DNA of 64,000 nucleotides from an uncultured Bacilli bacterium. GTDB taxonomy: Bacteria; Bacillota_I; Bacilli_A; RF39; UBA660. Numbering within the stretch: position 1 is the first letter of the stretch; the number at the start of each line of letters is the position of its first letter. Shown here piece by piece: positions 17,901 through 27,642 of this stretch. A program made the translations under genes and the position numbers. A model generated the notes under the pieces. That model worked only from the letters and a program-made list of their open reading frames with translations. It did no database searches and was not told where the DNA came from. Location of the stretch: contig CALVIY010000001.1 in NCBI GenBank assembly GCA_944331955.1, positions 22,013 through 86,012 on the forward strand. The letters run 5' to 3'.

Positions 17901-18722
17901 GAACGAACAGAAAGACAAGATGTAATAGATAGTGTTAAAGACTATGGAACAGCTTTAGAAAATCCTACTCCAGGTTTTATAACTACTCTTGATATCGCAA
18001 ATTATAGCGAAGGTATGCATACTATTACTATAAAGTTATATTCATTTAAGAATGAACTTATAGATAGTTATGAAAAAAGAATTTCTATATCTAAAGGTAG
18101 ATATTTTGGTGTAGATGTATCTGAACATAATGGCTATATTAATTGGTCATATATGCGTAGTGCCGGTATTGATTATGCTTATATAAGAGCGGGAATTAGG
18201 GGTTATACAGAAGGAAAAATAGTTAATGATGATAATGTTTATACTAATCTTGATGGATGTCTTTCTTCTGGAATAAAATGTGGTGTTTACTTCTTTTCTC
18301 AAGCGATAAATTATAGTGAAGGTGTTGAGGAAGCAGATTTTATTATAAATTTATTAGAAAATAGTAATTATCACACAAGAATTTCTTTACCAATTGCTAT
18401 AGATACAGAATGGTCTAATAATAATCATGATGGTCGTGCAGACTTTTTAACTAAACTTCAAAGAACAGAAGCGGTTAAAGGATTTATTGATGAAGTAGCT
18501 GCTAGAAACTATAGACCAATGATATATGCTAGTACTGATTGGTTTAATAATAATTTGGATATGAGTCAATTAGGTAATGCTGATATTTGGGTTGCAGATT
18601 GGCGTGGTTATAATGGTTATCAAGGACCATATCAAGTATGGCAATATGGCGGTGGAGATGGACCTAGTTATGGAGTATCTAGTGAAGGAATAGATTTAAA
18701 TTATTTTTATAAAAAGTACTAA
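14961..18722 (+). CDS. Secreted cell-wall hydrolase: signal peptide, nine tandem ~112-aa beta-rich repeat domains, C-terminal GH25 muramidase
   Basis: Signal peptide LLVAFLSLLLLSVFSLKIVNA. Repeats carry GW.MSE....V.VYVDG.....R..REDVLSAISGYGGR.TNSKPGF. The C-terminus has FGVDVSEHNGYINW...IRAG...AIDTE (GH25-like). Confidence 0.85.
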   Translation: MSISLEIKNNKKLLVAFLSLLLLSVFSLKIVNAKSDDTKIYIDVPYSTQQVDGKLNYQGWVMSEYKNAKVKVYVDGEEQSNPTRYLREDVLSAISGYGGRATNSKPGFKGSIDVSSYPLGSSHTFKVDVLVNNEVVESMSTTFKISAPSTKIEIEKPVQNQSVKTTLDIDGWVMSEDSGASVEIYVDGSKVSTASRYAREDVLSAISGYGGRTTNSKPGFKTTLDMSKYTDGAHNIEMKVISSGGNVISTCSRVVNVKKYDTQIYIDVPYSTQQVDGKLNYQGWVMSEAKDAKVKVYVDGEEQSNPTRYLREDVLSAISGYGGRATNSKPGFKGSIDVSSYPLGSSHTFKVEVVVNNEVVETMSTTFKIGTPSTKIEIDKPVQNQSVKTTLDIEGWVMSEDSGASVEIYVDGSKVSTTTRYAREDVLSAISGYGGRTTNSKPGFKTTLDVSKYTDGAHNVEMKVISSGGNVISACSRVVNVKKYDTKIYIDVPYSTQQVDGKLNYQGWVMSEYKNAKVKVYVDGEEQSNPTRYLREDVLSAISGYGGRATNSKPGFKGSIDVSSYPLGSSHTFKVDVLVNNEVVESMSTTFKISAPSTKIEIEKPVQNQSVKTTLDIDGWVMSEDSGASVEIYVDGSKVSTASRYAREDVLSAISGYGGRTTNSKPGFKTTLDMSKYTDGAHNIEMKVISSGGNVISTCSRVVNVKKYDTKIEIDSPINQSFFKENIEYQGWVMSEDSGASVKVYVDDVEQNAPTRYVREDVLSAISGYGGRTTNSKPGYKGSINYENLSEGYHTLKIEAIASTTGEVISSVSTKFFLRKYNTKIEIESPVNNSTKKTSIDIKGWIMSEDRDGSIEIYIDNEKIDTISLIRTKRDDVLNSVNGYGDSSTNPNPGYEMTIDSSEMKDGLHNYKIVYVSSESSDVTTSVSSNFYIKKYDGMVYLDDPVGTNFSSNFTIRGWAMAECSNSRLEVYLDNNLLSVERTERQDVIDSVKDYGTALENPTPGFITTLDIANYSEGMHTITIKLYSFKNELIDSYEKRISISKGRYFGVDVSEHNGYINWSYMRSAGIDYAYIRAGIRGYTEGKIVNDDNVYTNLDGCLSSGIKCGVYFFSQAINYSEGVEEADFIINLLENSNYHTRISLPIAIDTEWSNNNHDGRADFLTKLQRTEAVKGFIDEVAARNYRPMIYASTDWFNNNLDMSQLGNADIWVADWRGYNGYQGPYQVWQYGGGDGPSYGVSSEGIDLNYFYKKY
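15069..17084 (+). repeat. Three in-frame tandem 672-bp repeats (15069-15740, 15741-16412, 16413-17084)
   Basis: Copies 1 and 3 read as identical over 672 bp. The middle copy differs at scattered positions (for example Y to A, N to D, D to E and L to V changes). Confidence 0.9.
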
Positions 18723-18740
18723 AATTTTAATTTAATAAAG

Positions 18741-18766
18741 CCATTTCTATTTTAGAAATGGTTTTT
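18741..18766 (+). terminator. Rho-independent terminator
   Basis: CCATTTCT-ATTTT-AGAAATGG followed by TTTTT. Confidence 0.75.
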
Positions 18767-18848
18767 ATATGATAGAATATAATTAAGTATTAATGAAAAA
18801 TTTGGTTCGTTATACGAAATGATGTAAGATTAGTAGAAAGGATTAAAT

Positions 18849-20723
18849 ATGGAGTACAATATTGATGAGTATAAAGTAAATGGTAAAAAAATATATATAA
18901 ATGGTTGGGCTCATTTTGATAAGTATAAAATTAAAGTAGTCTCAGGTGAAGAAATAAAAGAAGTAAAAAATTATGAGTCTAGATATGATATAAATAAACT
19001 TTTTCATGAAAAGATTCAAGATAATAACTATGGCTTTAAAGAAGAAATAGAATTTATTAAGCCTATTAAAAATGCTAAAGTTATATTAGAAACAAAGAAT
19101 GAGGAGATTGTACTTTTAGTAGTTAATAATAGTAAGATTTCTAAAACATTAAAAAAAGTTAGAAAAGTATTAGGAAAAATAAAAAGAGGTATTAAGTTCT
19201 TATGGAGAGAGTATCACTTTTTAGTACCACCTACTATGATGAAAAAGTATATTAAAGACTTTTTTGGTAAAAAGGAAAAAGAGAGATTATATGATCCTTC
19301 TATAAATAGTGAATATAATGATTGGTATGAAAATAGATATTCTTTAATGCCTAAAGATAGAAAATTAAATATTTTAACTTTGAGTAATAGAGATAAAGAT
19401 GCCGATATTATTATTAATGATAGTAATTTTGCAAAGAAAATTAAAGATATAAAAGATAAGTATGTATGCTTAATAGATGGAGAAGTAGAGTTTAATTTAA
19501 ATGCAATCTCTAAAGTAGAGGATATTTTAGATGATGATTATGATTTAATATATTTTGATAATGATAGTATAAAAGATAAAAAATATGAAAAACCAATTTT
19601 TAAACCTGATTGGTCTAGAGATACACTTTTAGGGGTAAATTATATAGGTAACTGTTTTATTATAAAAACTGATATTTTAAAGAAGATGAAATTAAAAGAA
19701 TGGAATTGTTATTATATTCTTTTAAACTTAATAAATACGGATGTTAAAATAAAGCATATAAGTGAAATAGTTTATCATGATAAAAATGAAATATGTAACG
19801 AAAAGAACACATTAGAAAAATATTTTAAAGAAAATAAAATAAATGCTAAAGTAGAAAAAAATATGGATGGAGTAACTAATACAGTTATATATAATTTAGA
19901 AACAAAACCTTTAATTTCTATTATTATTCCAACTAAAGATCATGCTGATATTTTAGAAAAATGTTTAAAATCTATTTATGATTTATCTACTTATTCTAAT
20001 TATGAGATTATTGTAATTGATAATAATAGTGAAGAAAAAGAAACTTTTGATCTTTTAAAGAAATATAATAAAAAGAAAAATTTCAGTTATAAGAGAATAG
20101 AATGTGAGTTTAATTATTCCTATTTGAATAATGAAGCGGTTAAACTTGCTAAAGGAGATTATGTTGTACTTTTAAATAATGATATAGAAATAATAACACC
20201 AAATTGGTTAGAATTAATGTTAGGTTATGCTTCTTTAGATCATGTTGGTGTTGTTGGTGCAAAGTTATTATTTCCAGATGATACAATTCAACATGCAGGT
20301 ATTATTATGGGAAAAGGTGGCTTAGCTGGTCATGCACATTATGGAAAGAGTAAAAATTATATTTCTCCTCAGTATGAATTAAAAATACCTTATGATGTTA
20401 GTGCTTGTACTGCAGCCTGTCTTATGGTTTCTAAAGAGAAATTTAATGAAGTTAAAGGGCTAGAAGAAAAGTTAAAAGTTGCTTTCAATGATGTTGATTT
20501 TAACTTAAAATTATTAGATAAAGGATATAATAATATATTTTTACCAAATGTTTTACTTTATCATTATGAATCAAAGTCAAGAGGACTTGATACTACTTCT
20601 GAGAAACAAAAGAGATTTGTGCAAGAATGGGCTTTAGTTGAAGAAAAATGGCAAAAATATATTGAACATGATATGTTTTATAATGATAACTTTAGTAAAA
20701 ATGACGATTATATGTTAAAATAG
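18849..20723 (+). CDS. Glycosyltransferase family 2 (large, with N-terminal extension)
   Basis: ISIIIPTKDHADILEKCLKSI, IIVIDNNS, LLNNDIE, HYESKSRG motifs. Confidence 0.8.
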   Translation: MEYNIDEYKVNGKKIYINGWAHFDKYKIKVVSGEEIKEVKNYESRYDINKLFHEKIQDNNYGFKEEIEFIKPIKNAKVILETKNEEIVLLVVNNSKISKTLKKVRKVLGKIKRGIKFLWREYHFLVPPTMMKKYIKDFFGKKEKERLYDPSINSEYNDWYENRYSLMPKDRKLNILTLSNRDKDADIIINDSNFAKKIKDIKDKYVCLIDGEVEFNLNAISKVEDILDDDYDLIYFDNDSIKDKKYEKPIFKPDWSRDTLLGVNYIGNCFIIKTDILKKMKLKEWNCYYILLNLINTDVKIKHISEIVYHDKNEICNEKNTLEKYFKENKINAKVEKNMDGVTNTVIYNLETKPLISIIIPTKDHADILEKCLKSIYDLSTYSNYEIIVIDNNSEEKETFDLLKKYNKKKNFSYKRIECEFNYSYLNNEAVKLAKGDYVVLLNNDIEIITPNWLELMLGYASLDHVGVVGAKLLFPDDTIQHAGIIMGKGGLAGHAHYGKSKNYISPQYELKIPYDVSACTAACLMVSKEKFNEVKGLEEKLKVAFNDVDFNLKLLDKGYNNIFLPNVLLYHYESKSRGLDTTSEKQKRFVQEWALVEEKWQKYIEHDMFYNDNFSKNDDYMLK

Positions 20724-20738
20724 TGTAGGTGGTGCTTT

Positions 20739-22853
20739 ATGAATAAAGAAAAATTAGATATTTATCAATATGATTTTGACAAAATAGAAGATAATGTAAA
20801 GAAAGTCTCTGTCATTATACCAAATTATAATTATCAAGACTTTATTGTTGAGAGAATAGATTCTGTTCTAAGACAAACTTATCCTATATATGAGTTAATA
20901 ATATTAGATGATAAATCAACTGATGATAGTGTAGAAGTAATAAAAGAAAAAATAAAAACAATTAAAGATGTTAAAGTAAGACTTATTGAAAACAAAGAAA
21001 ATAGTGGTTGTGTATTTAAACAATGGAAAAAAGGAATTAATGAAATAAGTGGTGATTATTTTTGGATTGCAGAAGCGGATGATAGTGCTGATCCAAGATT
21101 CCTTGAAACTGCTATGGAAGCTTTTGGCGATAAAGAAGTTGTTCTTTCATATACTGAATCAGCTAGAATTGATGAGAATAACTATATTACTCATACTAAT
21201 TCGCAGGACTTATATAACATTTACAATACAGATAGATGGGATTTTCCTTATATAAATGAGGGAACAGATGAAATAAAGAATTATTTAAGTGTAACTAATA
21301 CGATTTTAAATGTTTCTAGTGTTGTTTGGAAAAAAGGTGATTATGATAAGTTCTTAGATACTGCTGCTACTTATAAAGTGGCAGGGGATTGGTATATATA
21401 TTATAAAGTTCTTGAGAAGGGAAAAATTGCTTTTAGCAATAAACCATATAATTATTTTAGAAAACATAGTAAATCTGTATCAACAAAAGTAAAAGATGAT
21501 ATTGAATATAAAGAAATTTGTAGTATTCAAGATGATATTGCTAAGAAATATGATTTACCTCTTCCTATTTATAAACATCAAAGAATTAGAAGACATTATA
21601 TGGATCAAAACGTTTCTCCTGATGTTAGAAAGAAAAGAGTTGCTTGGGTAATGCCTCATCCTGGTAAAGGTTCAGGAGGACACAGAACTATTATTCAAAA
21701 TGTAAATGCCTTAATAAAAGCAGGTTATGAATGTGATATTTATGTTGAAGAAGATTATATTACAACTGATGAGATTCTAGAGGAGAAAATTAATGATTAC
21801 TATGGATACTGTGCTGCTAATTCATATGTTGGTATTGTTTTAAGACAAGAATATGATTTATTATTTGCAACAGGATGGACGACAATTGATTTTACTAAGA
21901 ATCTTAATTGTCCTAAAAAAGCTTATTTTATTCAAGATTATGAACCATGGTTTTTACCAATGGGTGATAATTATATAAAAACAGAAAATTCATATCGTTT
22001 GGGATATGCTCCTATTACTATTGGAAAATGGCTTTCTCATAAGATGATTAATGAATTTGGTTTGTCATCACAGTATTTTGATTTCTGTGCGGACTTATCT
22101 GTTTATCATATTGATAAGAATATAAAGAAAGAAAATGCTATTTGTTATATTTTTCAACCAGAAAAGCCTAGAAGATGTGATGAGATAGGACTAAAAGCTT
22201 TAAAGTTAGTTAAAGAGTTAAGACCTGATATTAAAATATATTTATATGGTTCTAATACTAAAAAACAAGTTGATTTTGAAGCGGAAAGGTTAGGTATTAT
22301 TCCTATTGATGAATGTAATAAATTATATAATAAATGTAAAGTGGGATTTTGTATTAGTGCCTCTAATCCTTCAAGAATTCCTTTTGAAATGATGGCTGCA
22401 GGACTTCCTGTTGTAGAAATATATAAAGAAAATAATTTATATGATTTTCCTGAAGGTGGTATTAAATTAGCAGAACCAAATCCTGAAGCGATTGCTACAG
22501 CTTTATTAGAATTAATAGATAATGATAAAGAACTTCAAAAAATGTCTAAAATTGGTAATTCATATATGCAAGATAAACCTCTTGAAAAAGGATTTGAGCA
22601 ATTTGTTGAAGCAGTTAATAATTTGTTTAGTGCTAGTGAGATAAAAAAATTAGATATTAAAGAGTCTTATAAAAAAGAACCAGTTAAAGCAAGTGATGAA
22701 GTAAAAGCTAAGGCGGATACTTTATTTGGAAATATTAATATAGTAGCATCAGGTGGTCCTACAAAGAGAAAATTAAGAAGAATTAAAAGAAGAATTAAAG
22801 ATATTTTAAAAGCTATATGCTATAAAATTATTAACTTGATAGATAGAGTATAG
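20739..22853 (+). CDS. Two-domain glycosyltransferase: N-terminal GT2 and C-terminal GT4/WsaF-like (rhamnosyltransferase-like)
   Basis: VSVIIPNYNYQDFIVERIDSVLRQTY..LIILDDKSTDDS for the GT2 part; WVMPHPGKGSGGHRTIIQNVNALIKAGYECDIY and PSRIPFEMMAAGLPVV for the GT4-like part. Confidence 0.75.
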   Translation: MNKEKLDIYQYDFDKIEDNVKKVSVIIPNYNYQDFIVERIDSVLRQTYPIYELIILDDKSTDDSVEVIKEKIKTIKDVKVRLIENKENSGCVFKQWKKGINEISGDYFWIAEADDSADPRFLETAMEAFGDKEVVLSYTESARIDENNYITHTNSQDLYNIYNTDRWDFPYINEGTDEIKNYLSVTNTILNVSSVVWKKGDYDKFLDTAATYKVAGDWYIYYKVLEKGKIAFSNKPYNYFRKHSKSVSTKVKDDIEYKEICSIQDDIAKKYDLPLPIYKHQRIRRHYMDQNVSPDVRKKRVAWVMPHPGKGSGGHRTIIQNVNALIKAGYECDIYVEEDYITTDEILEEKINDYYGYCAANSYVGIVLRQEYDLLFATGWTTIDFTKNLNCPKKAYFIQDYEPWFLPMGDNYIKTENSYRLGYAPITIGKWLSHKMINEFGLSSQYFDFCADLSVYHIDKNIKKENAICYIFQPEKPRRCDEIGLKALKLVKELRPDIKIYLYGSNTKKQVDFEAERLGIIPIDECNKLYNKCKVGFCISASNPSRIPFEMMAAGLPVVEIYKENNLYDFPEGGIKLAEPNPEAIATALLELIDNDKELQKMSKIGNSYMQDKPLEKGFEQFVEAVNNLFSASEIKKLDIKESYKKEPVKASDEVKAKADTLFGNINIVASGGPTKRKLRRIKRRIKDILKAICYKIINLIDRV

Positions 22854-22863
22854 GAGTGATAAT

Positions 22864-23604
22864 ATGAGGAAGAAAGATAATATTGCTATAAAAGTTGAAA
22901 ATGTTACGAAGCGTTTTAAACTATATTATGATAAACCTAGTACTTTAAAAGAAAGACTAGTATTCTGGAATAAGAAAAAAAGTGAAGAGAGAACTGTTTT
23001 AAAGAACATTAACTTAGATATAAAAAAAGGTGAGACTGTTGCTTTAATTGGAGTTAATGGTAGTGGTAAATCAACATTATTAAAATTAATGACAAAAATT
23101 ATATATCCTACTGAAGGTAAAATTACAGTAAACGGAAAACTTACATCACTACTAGAATTAGGGGCTGGGTTTCATCCTGATTTTACAGGTAGAGAAAATA
23201 TCTATTTCAATGCTTCTATTTTTGGCTTAACAAAAAGTGAAATAGAAAAAAGGGTAGATGATATAATTGAGTTTTCAGAACTTGGAGAATTTATAGATAG
23301 TCCTGTTAGAACTTATTCTTCTGGTATGTATATGAGACTTGCTTTTTCTGTTGCTATTAATGTTGATGCAGAAATACTTTTAATTGATGAGATTCTAGCA
23401 GTAGGAGATCAACATTTTCAAGATAAGTGTTTTGCTAAACTAAGAGAATTAAGAGATAGTGATAAAACTATAGTAATTGTTAGTCATAGTTTAGGTCCAA
23501 TAAGAGATTTATGTAAAAGAGCTGTATGGATTTATGATGGAGAAATTAGAATGGATGGTCCATCTGGCGAGATAATTGATGAATATTTGAAGGTTTGTGG
23601 GTGA
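22864..23604 (+). CDS. Polysaccharide/teichoic-acid export ABC transporter, ATP-binding protein (Wzt/TagH/RgpD-like)
   Basis: Walker A GVNGSGKST, signature YSSGMYMRLAF, Walker B LLIDEILAVGD. Confidence 0.88.
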   Translation: MRKKDNIAIKVENVTKRFKLYYDKPSTLKERLVFWNKKKSEERTVLKNINLDIKKGETVALIGVNGSGKSTLLKLMTKIIYPTEGKITVNGKLTSLLELGAGFHPDFTGRENIYFNASIFGLTKSEIEKRVDDIIEFSELGEFIDSPVRTYSSGMYMRLAFSVAINVDAEILLIDEILAVGDQHFQDKCFAKLRELRDSDKTIVIVSHSLGPIRDLCKRAVWIYDGEIRMDGPSGEIIDEYLKVCG

Positions 23605-23609
23605 TTAAG

Positions 23610-24374
23610 ATGATCAAGAGTTTATATCAATATAGAGAATTACTTAAAAGTAATATTAAAAAAGAGATTAGAGGAAAGTACAAAGGTTCTTTCTTAGGTG
23701 TTTTATGGTCATTTGTAAATCCATTATTAATGACTTTAGTTTATGCGATTGTTTTTCCTTTTATTTTAAGATCTGGTCCTGAACATTATGTAACATATAT
23801 TGTTATTGGAATTTTACCTTGGAACTTCTTTACAACTGTAATATCACAAGGAACATTTACTATATTAGGTAATGCAGGTATTATAAAAAAGGTTTATTTT
23901 CCTAGAGAAATTTTACCAATTTCTGTAGCGACAAGTGGATTAGTTAATTTCTTAATTTCTATTCCAATTATATTCCTATTTTTATTATTTAGTGGAATTG
24001 GTTTTTCATGGTATATCTTATTATTACCATTAGTTATTTTATGTCAGTATATTTTATCGTTAGGAATAATTTTTATTACTAGTGCAATTAATGTGTATAT
24101 AAGAGATGCTGAATATATCATTAACTTTTTTGTACAAATGCTATTTTATGCAACTCCTATTTTATATGAAAGTAGTTTGTTTGGTGATAAAGCTTGGATT
24201 TTAAGTTTAAATCCTATGACAACAATAATCAATTCATATAGAGATATATTATATAGTGGAGTTTTACCTAATATGGGATTGTTATTTTTAGTACTTATTT
24301 TTAGCATTGTACTTTTATTAATTGGAATTGCAGTATTTAGAAAACTAGAAAAAGGGTTCGCTGAAGAAGTATAG
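23610..24374 (+). CDS. ABC-2 type polysaccharide export permease (Wzm/TagG/RgpC-like)
   Basis: Six TM segments; N-terminal YRELLKSNIKKEIRGKYKGSFLGVLWSF motif typical of the family. The ATG at 23610 follows the stop of the ATPase gene. Confidence 0.85.
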   Translation: MIKSLYQYRELLKSNIKKEIRGKYKGSFLGVLWSFVNPLLMTLVYAIVFPFILRSGPEHYVTYIVIGILPWNFFTTVISQGTFTILGNAGIIKKVYFPREILPISVATSGLVNFLISIPIIFLFLLFSGIGFSWYILLLPLVILCQYILSLGIIFITSAINVYIRDAEYIINFFVQMLFYATPILYESSLFGDKAWILSLNPMTTIINSYRDILYSGVLPNMGLLFLVLIFSIVLLLIGIAVFRKLEKGFAEEV

Positions 24375-24419
24375 AAAATATAATAACATTAGAAAATAAA
24401 AGGACATAGAAAGGAATAG

Positions 24420-26546
24420 ATGAGTTTTATGAAGAAATTTTGTATAGAGCTTAAAGATGATTTTTTTACAATAAAAAATACAAAACTATTTAAATTAGGG
24501 TTAATACTTATTTCCTTTATTTTCCCTTTATTAGTAGAAAAATTTTATTATGTTGATGAATCATTTTCTATTATTAGATATGTTATATTTACATTAATAC
24601 TATTATTTTTATCATTTAATCTAATTTTCGATATAAAGAAAATGTGGGATTTTATTTATAGAAAAAGATATTTAATTGGAATTTCTCTTTTTGTAGTAGT
24701 TGTTTTAGGGGGCTTTCACGGATCATCTATATCTATTTTTAATGATAGTATTGAACCAGGTTCAAATGTTAGTTCTTCAGAAACAATTATTGGACGTACT
24801 AGAGAAATAAGAAGTGATGAATGGGATATATCTAGTTTAATGGTATTATCCCAATTAACACCTTTAAATGAATTATCACCAATTAATAAAACTATGATGG
24901 GTGGAATAGGTTCTAATGTGGAACTGTTTCCTAAATTGCCTACAAAATCATTATCTGTTTTATTATCACCAAGATGTTTAGGATTCTTGTTTTTACCAGA
25001 AGATAATGCTTTTTCGTTTTATTGGTTTTTTGAATATTTCTTATTATTCTTTGCGTCTTTTGAGTTCTTAATGCTTGTAACTAAAAAGAAAAAACTTTTA
25101 TCTTTGGTAGGAACTATTGCAATTGTATTTTCTGCTGCTGTTCAGTGGTGGGAGTTTACTAATATTCTTGCTTATGGAATGCTTGCGATAGTGTTTTTTG
25201 ATAAGTTTTTAAATTCCAATAGTTATTTAAAAAAGATTATATTTTCACTTTTGATAGGGTATTGTGGAGTCTTATATATAATGTCTCTTTATCCTGCTTG
25301 GATTGTTCCATTTGGATATTTCTTCCTAGGAATAGTAATATGGCAACTTATAGATAATAAAGGAAAGTACAAATGGAAAGATTTCTTATTACTTGTACCA
25401 ATAGTTTTAATTACCATTGCTAGTATGCTTATTCCAACTATTTTAAATGCTAGTGAAGTTATTGAGCTTATGTCAAACACTGCTTATCCAGGTGGAAGAT
25501 TTTCAACGGGTGCAGAAGATGTAGAAAAATTATTTTATTATCCTGCTTCTTTTGTATTGCCATTTGTTAATAGTACAAATGCCTCAGAGACTGCTCAATT
25601 TTTAAGTTTATATCCACTTACATTAATAATGGGATTATATTATTTTATTAAAAATAGAAAAAAAGGGAAGAAGGATTCTTTAATACCTATATTAATGATT
25701 GTTATTGTTTTCTTAAGTATTTGGAATTATGTAGAAATACCTGATTTTCTTGCAAAGATAACACTTTTATATATGTCAAAACCAGCTAGAACAGTTACAG
25801 CTGTTGGATTTATTTCTTGTATATTAATGATTGTTATTATAGCTAATTATTCTAGAAAAATTGAAGATAAAAAAACAGTTATTAAAGACTTATTACTTGC
25901 TTTAATAGTTTTAATACCAGTGTTATATTTTGTAAAAAAATATTGTTCATTTATTTCAATTCCACTTTTATTAGTAATTGCAGTGCTATATTTTATTATC
26001 TTTTACCTATTTATTAGAAATGATATTAAAGCTAAGAAAATATTATGTATTATTATTGTATTAGTGTCTTTATGTTCAGGAGTTTTGGTTCATCCATTAT
26101 CAAGAACTGTAAATGCTGTTTATGATAAGCCTATCGCCAAAGAAATTCAGAGCATTGTAAAAAAGGATCCTGATGGTTTATGGGTAAGTGAGTTTATTCA
26201 AACGGCTAATTATGTTCATGCAAATGGAGCGAAGACACTTAATTCAACAAATTATTATCCTAATTTTAGTTTATGGAAGAAGATTGATCCTAAAGGTAAA
26301 TATGAGAAGAGATGGAATAGATATTCAACCTTATCTGTTAATATTATAGAAGATAAAACTAATATTAAGTTAGTTGCAGCAGATCATTTGGCTCTTAACT
26401 TAAATAGTGATGATATGTGTAAAATAAATATTGATTACTTATTTACTCCTAGTGATGATAGAGATGAACTTTCAAATGATAAGGTAGAAATTAAAGAAAT
26501 TTATTCTAAAGAAAATATGTATATCTATAAAATAAATTGTAATTAA
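24420..26546 (+). CDS. Large polytopic membrane protein, candidate GT-C fold glycosyltransferase (GacL-like position)
   Basis: 708 aa with more than 12 predicted TM helices and a C-terminal soluble domain, directly upstream of a GacI/GacJ-like pair. Function is inferred from context only. Confidence 0.4.
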   Translation: MSFMKKFCIELKDDFFTIKNTKLFKLGLILISFIFPLLVEKFYYVDESFSIIRYVIFTLILLFLSFNLIFDIKKMWDFIYRKRYLIGISLFVVVVLGGFHGSSISIFNDSIEPGSNVSSSETIIGRTREIRSDEWDISSLMVLSQLTPLNELSPINKTMMGGIGSNVELFPKLPTKSLSVLLSPRCLGFLFLPEDNAFSFYWFFEYFLLFFASFEFLMLVTKKKKLLSLVGTIAIVFSAAVQWWEFTNILAYGMLAIVFFDKFLNSNSYLKKIIFSLLIGYCGVLYIMSLYPAWIVPFGYFFLGIVIWQLIDNKGKYKWKDFLLLVPIVLITIASMLIPTILNASEVIELMSNTAYPGGRFSTGAEDVEKLFYYPASFVLPFVNSTNASETAQFLSLYPLTLIMGLYYFIKNRKKGKKDSLIPILMIVIVFLSIWNYVEIPDFLAKITLLYMSKPARTVTAVGFISCILMIVIIANYSRKIEDKKTVIKDLLLALIVLIPVLYFVKKYCSFISIPLLLVIAVLYFIIFYLFIRNDIKAKKILCIIIVLVSLCSGVLVHPLSRTVNAVYDKPIAKEIQSIVKKDPDGLWVSEFIQTANYVHANGAKTLNSTNYYPNFSLWKKIDPKGKYEKRWNRYSTLSVNIIEDKTNIKLVAADHLALNLNSDDMCKINIDYLFTPSDDRDELSNDKVEIKEIYSKENMYIYKINCN

Positions 26547-26560
26547 TTGGAGTTGATAGA

Positions 26561-27280
26561 ATGAATAAAACTAAAATTTTATTAATTATTCCAGCTTATA
26601 ACGAAGAAGATAATATATTAAAGATAAATAATTCTATAAAAGAGTTTAATAAAAAAAATAAAACTAATTATGATGTTATTGTTATTAATGATGGTTCTAA
26701 AGATAAGACTGGAGAAATTTTAGATAAAGAAAAAATTTCTCATATTGATTTAATACATAATTTGGGGATTGGAGGAGCGGTTCAAACAGGTTATAAATAT
26801 GCTTTTTATAATAATTATGATATAGCTATTCAGTTTGATGGAGATGGACAACATGATATTAACTATGTGTCTAAATTAATAGATCCAATTTTAAAAAATA
26901 AAGCAGATTTTGTTATAGGTAGTCGTTTTATTGATAATATTAGTACTTTTAAGACTTCTTTTAGTAGAAGAATTGGTATTAGGATTATTTCTTCATTTAT
27001 TCATTTGTTTGCTAGAGTTAAAGTCTATGATACTACTAGTGGGTTTAGAGCCTGTAATAAAGAAATAATTAATCTATTTGCTATTTCTTATCCATTAGAG
27101 TATCCTGAACCTATAACAACTGTTGAACTTGTTAAAAGAGGCTATAGAATAAAAGAAGTAGGTGTTAATATGAATGAAAGACAGGGTGGTGTTTCTTCTA
27201 TTCATGCTTGGAAAAATGCCTATTATATGCTTAATGTTTGTTTGTCTATTATAGTTGCTAGTACTAGGAGGTATAAGTAA
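26561..27280 (+). CDS. GT2 polyprenyl-phosphate sugar synthase (GacI/WpsA-like)
   Basis: ILLIIPAYNEEDNI, VINDGSKDKT, QFDGDGQHD motifs; 239 aa with no C-terminal TM. Confidence 0.75.
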   Translation: MNKTKILLIIPAYNEEDNILKINNSIKEFNKKNKTNYDVIVINDGSKDKTGEILDKEKISHIDLIHNLGIGGAVQTGYKYAFYNNYDIAIQFDGDGQHDINYVSKLIDPILKNKADFVIGSRFIDNISTFKTSFSRRIGIRIISSFIHLFARVKVYDTTSGFRACNKEIINLFAISYPLEYPEPITTVELVKRGYRIKEVGVNMNERQGGVSSIHAWKNAYYMLNVCLSIIVASTRRYK

Positions 27281-27624
27281 TGAATGATAAATTAATTATA
27301 ACCGTTATTATTTTTGCTCTTGTTTTATTTTTCTTTGTCTTCCAATTATTAAGAAAAGGAAGAATTCCTGTTAAATATGCATTAGTATGGCTTTTTGCTG
27401 TTATTATCATTTTTATAACTTCAATTATTCCTGATTTAATGGAAAATTTAGCTAAGATGTTAGGGTTTGAACTTTTATCTAATATGGTGTTATGTATATT
27501 TATAACAGTCTTAATATTTGTAACAATTATCTTAACTGTTATGATGGCAGGTCAAAAAAAGAAAACTACACTTTTAATTCAAGAGCTTTCTATCCTTAAA
27601 GCTGAACTAGAAAAGAAAAAATAG
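27280..27624 (+). CDS. DUF2304 small membrane protein (GacJ/WpsB-like partner)
   Basis: 114 aa, three TM helices, LLRKGRIPVKYALVWL motif; start overlaps the GT2 stop. Confidence 0.7.
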   Translation: MNDKLIITVIIFALVLFFFVFQLLRKGRIPVKYALVWLFAVIIIFITSIIPDLMENLAKMLGFELLSNMVLCIFITVLIFVTIILTVMMAGQKKKTTLLIQELSILKAELEKKK

Positions 27625-27642
27625 AGTAAATGAGGTGATGTA